NCBI GenBank assembly: GCA_024704765.1
Contig: JAKMXF010000324.1
Location: forward strand, 186,001-250,000
Direction of reading: 5' to 3'
Length of the DNA: 64,000 nt
Source: Oopsacas minuta
Lineage: Eukaryota; Animalia; Porifera
In this document: one piece after another, positions 51,401 through 59,700 of the stretch
Layout of the letters: every line of letters starts with the position of its first letter
Position numbering within the stretch: position 1 is the first letter of the stretch
Notes under the pieces: generated by a model
Databases searched by the model: none
Seen by the model: only the letters and a program-made list of their open reading frames with translations
What the model was told of the DNA's origin: nothing
Program-made: the position numbers and the translations under genes

Positions 51401-54400
51401 CGACTATGACAAAGATAATATCCCAGAGAACTTTCTACGTAAACTCAAGAAATATATTGAAAATCCTAGTTTTAACGCTGAAGAAGTTGGTAGGAGTAGT
51501 AGAGCTTGTAAATCAATTGTAATGTGGGTCATTGCTGTTGATATATATGCCAAGGTGTTTAAGGAGGTTGAGCCGAAACGACAGAGACTTGAAGCCGCTC
51601 AAAATGAGCTGGCTATCGTGACAAGTGAGCTCGAGAAGAAAGAGGAAGAACTTAGAATTGTTGAGGATAAAATTGATCAACTAAAGGCAGCCTTCAATGA
51701 CAGTCTCGCTGAGAAAGAAAGGCTTGAGTTTACAATGGCGCAGACTGCTGCCCGGTTAGAGAGAGCTGGTCGCCTCACCTCTGCGCTGGCAGACGAGCAA
51801 ATACGCTGGGACGAGAACGTGACACAGTTTAACGCACAGCTAGGCAATGTAGTTGGTGACGTGTTCATTGCTGCGGCATGTGTCGCATATTTCGGTGCAT
51901 TCACGTCCTCGTATAGGATTGAGCTAGTAGCTTCATGGATTGAGAAATGCAAGGAGTTAGAAATTTCTGTCTCAGATAATTTATCTTTGAATAGAGTACT
52001 TGCTGATCCATATGAAATTCGACAGTGGAATGCCAGTGGTTTGCCTAGAGACGCAGTTTCAACTGAGAATGCGATTCTATGCACACGATCTCGTCGTTGG
52101 CCGTTGATGATTGATCCACAGGACCAGGCGAACCGTTGGGTTAAGACAATGGAAACTAAAAACGGTTTGAAGGTTATCAAATTAACAGACACTAACTATC
52201 TTCGGACATTAGAGAACGCTATCCGTATGGGTACACCTGTGCTCCTTGAGGAAGTGGAAGAGGCACTAGACCCTTCTTTAGAACCAATCCTTCTCAAACA
52301 AACATTCACGAAAGGTGGCCGATTGCTTATTCGTCTAGGGGACACTGATGTAGATTATGATAAGAATTTCAGGTTCTATATGACCTCCAAAATGTCTAAC
52401 CCTCATTATCTGCCAGAAGTATCAATCAAAGTTACAATAATCAATTTCACTGTGACACTATCTGGCCTAGAAGATCAACTACTTAGCGATGTAGTGCGCC
52501 TTGAGAGACCTGAGTTAGAAGAGAAGAGAAATGAATTGGTTGTAGCAATCAATCATGATAAACACCAGTTGAAAGGCATTGAGGACAAAATTTTGAAAAT
52601 GTTGTATCATGCAGAGGGTAATGTGTTAGATAACGAAGCGTTGGTAAGTGCTTTAGGTGCCAGTAAGCACACAGCTGAGGAGATCTCAGAGCGATTGGCT
52701 CAGGCCGAGTTGACTGAGAGAGATATCCTAGCTGCGCGTGAGAAATATCGTACCGTCGCTACTCGTGGGTCTCTCATATACTTTGTGATAGCTACACTAC
52801 CTGACATAGATCCTATGTATCAGTTTTCATTGAAATACTTTCAACAGTTTTTCAATGCCTGTATTGAGTCTAGTGAGAAAAGTTCTGTGTTGGATACTAG
52901 GCTGAATACACTGCTCACTAACACGACTCAGGTTTCCTATACGAACGTAGCACGCGGTCTCTTTGAACAGCATAAACTTGTATTCTCATTCATGCTGTGT
53001 TGTAATATCTTGAGGGAAAGGAAAGATGTTTTTGAGGACGATTGGAATTTCTTCTTGAGGGGTGCCGCCGCGGTTGAGAAGGAGAGAGAAGAGAAACCGA
53101 ATCAACAATGGTTGACAAACGATGTTTGGATACAGTGTTTAGATTTGGAGGAGAATCTCCCCGAATTCAAGGGCCTTTCTAGAGAAATCCTCGCCACACA
53201 TATTACTATATCCTACGGAGATATTGAAATAGCTTTGAATCCGCCAACAGCTGATGAGTATGTCGAGGTAGGAGAATTGCCCGATAACCTGGAAGAATTT
53301 CGTAGTAACAACCCAGATACGATAATAGGCCATTGGAATGAGAGACTGACTGACTTTCAGAAAATTATCTTAATAAAATCATTCAGTGAGGAGAATATTA
53401 TCCAAGCAGCTTCTCTGTTCGTAACACGGAATCTTGGGCAAATATTCATAGAAAGTCCTTCCATAGAGTTAAGCTTGTTATACCAAGATATAACCAAAAC
53501 AACACCCCTAATATTCATATTGTCAACAGGTTCCGATCCTATGTCCTCCTTCCTACGTTTTGCAGAGGATATGAACTACAACGAGCGTTTCAATACTATT
53601 TCTCTTGGACAGGGTCAAGGGCCTGTAGCTATGAATATGATATCTAAAGCCAAGGTTTCCGGCGATTGGGTGTTCTTGCAAAATTGTCATCTGGCTGCTT
53701 CGTGGATGCCGGAGCTTGAAATTATAGTGAAAGGATTTCAAATCCAAAACTCTGAGATGAATGAGAATTTCCGCCTGTATTTGAGTTCTCTGCCCACAGC
53801 TTCATTCCCTGTCTCTGTTCTCCAAGATTCAGTAAAGGTCACAAATGAACCGCCAAAGGGCCTACGAGCTAATCTCAAACGCTCATTTGCAGAGATGAAA
53901 CCCTCCTTCTTTGAAGACCACTACTTAGATTTAACTTGGAGGAAAATGGTTTTCGGAATCTGTCTATTTCATGCGGTGATTTTAGAGAGGAAAAAGTTTG
54001 GCCCGCTCGGCTGGAATATTCGCTACGAGTTCACTGACAAAGACAGAGAGACCGCTCTCCTGAACCTTAAAATGTTCCTGACGGGTGACGACATCCCGTG
54101 GGACGCCCTGATTTTTATTTCCGGAGAGATTACATATGGGGGGAGAGTCACTGATGATTGGGATCAGCGTTGTCTAAGAACGATCCTAACTCGGTTCTTC
54201 GCTCCAATAACTCTTGAACCTGGCTATATGTTCTCTGAATCTGGTTTCTACTATGCACCAGAAGCTCCTTACATAACTGATTATCGTGAGTATATTGATG
54301 GCTTCCCGATGTCGGACGATCCTGAGATTTTTGGTATGCACGATAATGCGAATATCACATACCAAATGCAAGAAGGTCAGGCTCTAATAAAAACTGTATT

Positions 54401-55893
54401 ATCTGTACAGCCACGTACTTCATCGATTGGAGGTGGTAAGACTAGTGATGATATAGTGTTTGAGCTAGCTGAAAGCGTGCTAAGCAAATTCCCGGAATTC
54501 CTAGATCTTGATAATGCTATGCCTGAGCTCTTTGAGCAAAATGAAGAAGGTCAGATCAAATCTCTTTCTACAGTATTATCCCAGGAGATAGACAGATATA
54601 ACGCACTATTGAAAGTTGTTAAGAATAGCATGCGAACAATACAAAAAGCTATCAAAGGATTCGTTGTCATGTCAGAGCAATTGGAGAAAGTTTACAGTAG
54701 CTTCATTAATAACCAAGTTCCAGGAATTTGGGAGCGTGCCGCCTATCCATCAATGAAGCCCCTCGGCTCATGGATTCAAGATCTAGTGTATCGTATACAC
54801 TTTATTTCCACATGGATGGTGTATGGCAACCCTTGTTCCTACTGGATTTCGGGTTTCTTCTTCCCGCAAGGCTTTCTAACCGGTACTTTACAAGACCATG
54901 CAAGGAAGTATCATGAACCAATTGATGAACTATCATTCTATTACCAGGTTAAGCCGAACTGCAGGCATCAAAAGGATGTTTACGAGCAAGCAATGGCGAC
55001 TGCCCCTGGTGAGAAACTTAAGATGGACAGTGAAGTTGTTGTTCCTAGAGATGGGGTAATAGTGCATGGTCTGTTCCTCGACGCATGTCGATGGGATGTA
55101 AACACTATGTTACTGTCCAACCAGAAATTCCGTGAAATGAATCCTCCCTTACCTGTAATGCATATGGAACCTCGTAGGAACTTCGTTAGAGACCCGAGTT
55201 ATTATTCTGCCCCTCTTTATAAGACGGCCGCGCGTGCTGGAGTGCTTTCTACGACAGGACATTCTACGAACTTTGTGGTAGCAGTTGACCTCCCAGCGGA
55301 TAGAGACAGTGGTTTCTGGATCTCCCGCGGAGCTGCTCTACTCACTCAACTCAGTGATTAACTGTTATTCATTTATTTACCCCAACTAATTCAAGTATTT
55401 ATTGTTTTTGTTGATATTATTATTTACTCACTTTGTTGGTATTATGATCTATCGAATTAATTTGTGTGTGTTGACAAAACCATTGTAATCTTGCGAAAAT
55501 TGTAAATGAACCTTGTTAATGCTTGCTACACGACGTTACCATTTCATCCCTATTTTCTACAATTTCCTCACTACATATTTGACTCAATAAACAAAATTAA
55601 CTCACTTGATATTTGACAGTTGCGTTAGAACCAGTTCCTACTATCACCGTATGATTCACCATTTGTACCAGAGCGATACTGAGATTTACTCTCAAAGCAT
55701 ATACCACACATAATCCGGTACCTAGGAGGATTCCTAGGATATATCTCTCTGGAATGCAGGGTAATAGCTTCGGGAATATTTTGTAGAAACAATCTGGGTT
55801 GTATTTCTGTTCCTCCTCCTCATTTATTTTATACTCTTTATTTTCGTCTTTTATCAGCCATTCTTCTTCTGGGCTTTTAATTGTGTCAGCCAT
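33448..55893 (-). CDS. SLC17A: SLC17 family (sialin/VGLUT-like) MFS anion transporter, 10 exons, ~518 aa; host gene for six nested genes
   Basis: Exons in transcription order: 55606-55893, 42441-42471, 42166-42365, 40123-40210, 39837-39923, 39650-39783, 35793-35939, 34819-34948, 34175-34413, 33448-33660; all GT-AG with matching phases (1557 nt). Motifs YALRVNLSIALV.M, FNW, FFYGYLLTQIPGG, GVTFP....W..WAPPAERSRL, NNLDIAPRYSGIIMGITN. Confidence 0.93.
34626..34782. mobile_element. MITE family 1 copy in SLC17 intron 8
   Basis: AGTCAACTCCAGTATATC..GCTCAAGGGAC...TTTGACGGTTTG...CAGGAGTTGACT. Confidence 0.8.
35131..35273. mobile_element. MITE family 2 copy (CAGTA...TACTG ends, TA flanks)
   Basis: TACAGTATTCCGCTTA ... 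TACGCTTAGTCTACTGTA with internal GGTTAATCGG / GGTTATTCGGG. Confidence 0.6.
35369..35620 (+). CDS. NDUFB10: NADH dehydrogenase subunit NDUFB10 (PDSW)-like, short form, nested in SLC17 intron 7
   Basis: DFDRAVDIRVLKMLDAKLYVCNLRETVNSARRCRK..YQAYRKKWG aligns by eye to the NDUFB10 C-terminal block (R.VD..I...L..C..RE..N....C.K....AY) with CX11C spacing. Not confirmed by a search. Confidence 0.65.
   Translation: MDLTEEQRKKYAYLDQDPLANFRKQRELDFDRAVDIRVLKMLDAKLYVCNLRETVNSARRCRKINTLYFSFYQAYRKKWGYMD
36103..37122 (+). CDS. SLC25A3: Mitochondrial phosphate carrier, intron-less, nested in SLC17 intron 6
   Basis: [79 protein letters not shown]. Confidence 0.97.
   Translation: [339 protein letters not shown]
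37417..39489 (+). CDS. SMARCAL1: SMARCAL1 annealing helicase (single HARP plus SNF2 ATPase), intron-less, nested in SLC17 intron 6
   Basis: N-terminal EENRKR RPA-binding-like motif, HARP (SYDPLTKAWVFPLEYY), IADEMGLGKT, DESH, LTGTPALSRP.EL, ELFWNPGDLRQAEDRAHRLGQ. Start may be ATG 37471. Confidence 0.92.
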   Translation: MSFLITHRIKNISTFISKMFGQLKRGEENRKRTLELKSKSIYTSTSNTNKQTFAGKYKQFGGTQTSSIVFSLKDENQFIVEAKFNENLIETFKVSPVWSYDPLTKAWVFPLEYYKQLTSRIEKNCPGLTIEHIPSTIFTILKEKYNDNLSIDSTDIPNELRTSLLPYQVEGVKFCIARNGRAIIADEMGLGKTIQAIAVACYFQLKWPLLIMCPSSLRLGWKEQLIKWVPWLEDDSIHIPFSTAEISTNLMSQPVTILSYDLVVKLTNIKMKTDIWKYSILIADESHFLKNAKSARTKAALPLLKQADHVLLLTGTPALSRPMELYPQITAVDKQLKMSNYQFAKRYCDAKETPWGWDYSGASRLAELQIYLNKRVMIRRSKCEVLQSLPSKTRKTVQLKLEEIKIKELKQNVSELSNKSNGDRYGCMLELFAKTAQAKAQSVCEYLIKLIEDSVELENEELSDSNGEDEEILVKHKPLKIIVFFHHKCMLAELEKALTSHKIGYMKIEGATAPLARQSACDLFQHGEAASCRIALLSLKAAGTGLTLTAAKIVLFAELFWNPGDLRQAEDRAHRLGQDQDVEIQYLVGKGTIDDKIWPLLQRKLEVLSQAGLANNTKTDSFATSSVLNELFNSQENAITTSQTQQRSMTDFIVSSPKRLKTEIEDTTLGELENLDTEQVNDLLDGDWSD
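40002..40085. mobile_element. Internally deleted MITE family 1 copy, TA-flanked
   Basis: CTCCTGTCATATCGAAGCTCAAGGGG...GATATAACTGGAGTTGACTG. Confidence 0.75.
40424..40855 (+). CDS. ERICH2: ERICH2-like acidic protein, paralog A, nested in SLC17 intron 3
   Basis: Acidic flanks around IPLELWSECFKC...LLKVM..LKPSEKLAK; clear paralog of 41231-41746. Similarity to the ERICH2 core (PLELMAEF...A..LC.....EP.N) is judged from memory. Confidence 0.55.
   Translation: MSEVTEQQETGYIHIQELLDLELVPNTTEDDYSDDDYLQYILDTDGCNTQLCDVELTPEGEIPLELWSECFKCLFSGQWWSIIVLLKVMGVLKPSEKLAKDLLDVIKAKVEMVLKESKDDTESESESFSSSSLEDSDSSDFTD
41231..41746 (+). CDS. ERICH2: ERICH2-like acidic protein, paralog B, nested in SLC17 intron 3
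   Basis: IPLELLTECVQCLLYDKYWPALILCKAMSLLKPGN matches the ERICH2 core pattern PLEL..E......Y..A..LC......P.N; D/E/S-rich flanks; ATG at 41231. Confidence 0.62.
   Translation: MSEQQEVTTIHDIPETDLIDLNSTSSESEYEDDDVSDDPQVILDKAGCTTQLSNLQLSPEGDIPLELLTECVQCLLYDKYWPALILCKAMSLLKPGNQLSNHLLEAITAKIDIDSKQCDDDSETCESESESESESETSNSSIEDTESSDSTESETEMPPNENIHSCPACTH
42590..55361 (+). CDS. DNAH6: Axonemal inner-arm dynein heavy chain DNAH6, 2 exons, ~4188 aa, one 1-nt frameshift near 46638-46641; nested in SLC17 intron 1
   Basis: Exons 42590-42857 and 43064-55361 (phase 1, GT-AG). AAA P-loops GPAGTGKT, GPTGGGKT, GETGVGKS, GVGGTGKQ; CYLCLMGALQLDLGG and KGLKARGNVE are typical of DNAH6. Confidence 0.92.
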
Positions 55894-55931
55894 TCAATAT
55901 CTCCTGGAATAGCTAGTTATAAATTGTAGTA

Positions 55932-56074
55932 CAGTCAACTCCCGTAATACAGAACACGGATCTATCAAAATGCCCCCTTATGTACAAAGATAGTCCCAAA
56001 CTGTCAAAGTTAGATATATTTCATAGAAGTAATTTTCGTGGTCCCTTGAGCTTCGATATTACGGGAGTTTACTG
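55932..56074. mobile_element. Best-preserved MITE family 1 copy
   Basis: TIRs CAGTCAACTCCCGTAATA / TATTACGGGAGTTTACTG (17/18) flanked by TA on both sides. Confidence 0.88.
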
Positions 56075-56748
56075 TATCTATCTATTAACCTGTGTAGATT
56101 CTAGAAATTTTGTAAATAGGGGCAAAAAGTGGGATGTTGCTGGCTTGAGGGCGATTTCTTTGTAATTCACCCCAGTTTTCTAATACTATTGATATCGTTC
56201 CAACCATTTCCTATATAAGTATACTGTATTAAATGTATTAATTTGGATTGCCTACTAATCAGCAATCATGTCAGCAACTCAAGTTACAAAACTCTCTTCG
56301 GAGAATATCTTTTGTTTGTAATTATGTTTCATTGAGCCTTTTTTGCGAGTTCGCATCGGACGCCTCAGTTACAAGTTGTAATTATCACAATTTAGTATAC
56401 AAAACTATTAACCAAATACTACGAGAAGATAACCACGAATTAGTATGTATAGTATGCGTATATTGTCTGTGTTTATATGTCTTCAATATTTGTACACGGA
56501 TAGGTATAAGCCAGGGATAGTGGGTGAGATGGTCCTACTTTTTGAGGTCTTCCGACGGGCAACGGATACCCGATAGCTCTTACAAGGCACCAAAGTACCC
56601 AAAACTCTGAAATTCCAATCTGTGCAGACAGCTTAGTAAAGTTAAAAACACTAAAAAATCCTTTCGGCACAGATTTTAATTTAGAATTTTTGTTTTTCAA
56701 CCAAAGTTTGTAATTTATCAGTGAGTTTATGGATAAAAATAGCATAGA

Positions 56749-59700
56749 ATGTCTGAGAGATTTATAGTATCAGAAGATAAGTCAGATTCTTCTGATACAG
56801 AAGACACTCCTGCACTCTCAGGTTTACAGCACTCCAATGTAGAATCTCCAAACATTCCAATGGAAAGATTGCATCACTATGATACTGATGGTGTTAACTT
56901 AGAAGTTGGAGAGAATTGTAAAGCGAGTTACAAACGTAAAATGGAAACTACAAAGATGAATAATTTGTCTTTGTTTGAAGAAGATATACGGATGAGACCT
57001 AAAGTACGTTTATGCCTTAATTACGATGGATCTCGAATTCTATGAGTCTGTCTTATATGCTCAAAATTGTAAAAATATAGGTCAGAGTGCCTTCTTCCTG
57101 AAAAATTGTGTCTCCGGACAATTCGTCCCACCTAACTACACTATTTGGGGGGTCATAACAAGAATCATATTCGTGTATATTATTTTAGATCTCAGCATTC
57201 CTGAAGAGACGTAAGAACAGTAAATCTGATCCAAATGCGGACACTTCAGCTCTCTATCCAGAGGGTGGACAAAAGGGAACATTTTATCGTGTTAAGAAGA
57301 GACTTAAAGCTAGATCTAAGATGGGTACTATTATAGGTGTATATCTGCCCTGCCTACAGAACATTCTGGGAGTTATCCTATTCCTTAGGTTAACCTGGAT
57401 AGTTGGATCTGCTGGAATTATTCAGGTACACTCAAACTTGTCTATAACGGACACTGAAGGGATTAATCAAAAGTAGCAGTTATAAGGGGACCGTTATACA
57501 CTAGTGTGGTAGTGACTTAGCTGCTATAGAGAGGTCGTTATAATGGGAAATCGGAGGGGACTGTTTGTAGGTGTCCGCTAAGCAGGTTTGACTTGTAATT
57601 TGATTTATCAAATGTTCCCAAATTATAAACCCCTAAGCCAATCAAATTCCAGTCTCAGATCGGCATTATTACAATCACTACGTGCTAACTTGTACGACAA
57701 TTTGTTACCTATCTCAGAAAGTTTCAAGTTTGTATCTCCGACCAGTTCCGCAATCATGTCCTCAGCAATTCCACCCTAAACGCAATATAGCGCAATTTTC
57801 GAATCATGCCCAGAGTTAAATTCTTATTATATTTCGGTATTTAATAGTTTCTAACTCTTATCAATTCCTCAATGATATACATCCTGTATTCCTCTAGGCA
57901 CTCCTGATAGTGCTAATATCATGTACTTGTACATTACTCACCACAATCAGTATGAGTGCTATAGCTACTAACGGAGTAGTCCCTGCTGGTGGGAGCTACT
58001 ATATGATCAGCAGAGCACTAGGACCTGAGTTCGGAGGTGCTGTGGGTGTACTGTTCTATCTAGGAACTACATTTGCTGCTTCTATGTATATCATAGGAGC
58101 TATAGAGATACTATTGACTTATATTGTACCTGAAGCTTCTCTGTTTGGAGAGATTTTAGGCAATCCTAATGTAAGTTAATTTGACTCATGGGTATAGGAT
58201 CTAGGCATTAATAGTTCGCGTTAGATTTATACTTCTAAGTTGGACTGTTTGTCGATGGAAAGATGATCGCCAGGAAATTCGTCAAACAGATCGTAGTTGT
58301 CTCAGATTGGCAAATTTCTCCGCGATCAACTTTCCAACATACATCTATACATTACCTACAATACTTGCTTTATTTCTTAAGGTACTATTCAACAACATGA
58401 GAGTTTACGGTACTATTCTACTACTACTGCTATCTGTATTGGTATTCATAGGAGTTAGAGTTGTTAACTATTTTGCTTTATTCTGTCTGGCATGTGTACT
58501 GGTATCTATGGTGTCTATATATCTGGGGATTATTGTGCATTCCTTTCTACCGGTTCTGTCGGTATGCACAATTGATGGTGTTGCTCTCGAAGGTAAAATT
58601 TAATAATTCTATATCCACTAGTTAGTGAAACGAAATGTTCTTATACGTACGTATTTTGTTATTCATTGAAAGAACAGAATTGATAAATTGTACAGATCAT
58701 ATATAGTTTGTATTAAATACGAATTATCCACTCAATACAAATTGCAATAATTCCTTATATGGAGTTACCAGCTATTCTCTACTAGGAAGCTATCTATGTC
58801 CACATAACGCCAGTTCATCTTATCATCTACCATTAAACACCAGCACGTACTGCAGTGCAAATGACCCTACACTAATATCACTATTCAATGGTACACGCTA
58901 CCTCACATCTTCACTTGTCTCCTGGAGTACAGAGCCCGTATGTAGAGTTGGTATACCCGGGATAGGGTCTGGAGTTATTTTTAGGAATTTATTGGATTCA
59001 TACCGATCAGCTGGTGAAGGGAGACCAGGAGAGGTAGCTGTAGGCACACAGGTACCTTCTGATATAGCTACTTCATTCACGGTGTTGTTAGCTATATTCT
59101 TTCCGTCTGTTACTGGGATTATGGCCGGATCTAACAGGTAGGTCTTTGTTTTTACATTGTACAAATATGATCCCAAAAGTATCATAAATTTCATCGATTG
59201 TATCGAAGTAATTATCGCGGTCCCTTGAGCTCCGATATAACTAGTATTTATACTCCCATAAGATCTGGAGATCTGAAGGACCCTCAGAAATCAATTCCTC
59301 TCGGCACAATATCAGCTATCCTAACTACAACCTGCATATACGTCAGCTGTGTAATCGGCTTTGGAGCTGCAGTAGAGGGATTTCTCCTGAGAGATAAATT
59401 CGGAGATAGCATAGGGGGAAGACTGGTTGTAGCTGAGCTATCATGGCCTACCGCTTGGCTTATTCTTATCGGAGCGATGCTGTCTACTGTAGGAGCTGGA
59501 TTACAGAGTTTGACTGGTGAGTATTGGTGGTAAGTTATTATGAACTAAATTTATTAAAATTCATTGCAAAAATTCCTTAAATATTGACCTGATAGACTTG
59601 TAGTATAGTGCCGGCCCTGCGAGGCTATAATATGTGTGAAAATATGAATAAATATATGATAAATATCCATGTTTGATATTAACGATAATCGAATCCTACA

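Noticed and set aside
44199-54916. Many short antisense or alternate-frame ORFs inside DNAH6 (and similar ones inside other CDSs)
   Set aside because: Expected shadows of long coding sequence, with no motifs.
57588-57779. ORF with [15 protein letters not shown], superficially like the KCC N-terminal SSLL..LANYTNL
   Set aside because: The KCC model is complete and in phase using exon 57189-57425. This segment lacks a suitable in-frame donor, ends in a stop and overlaps a CCAAT-repeat fragment.
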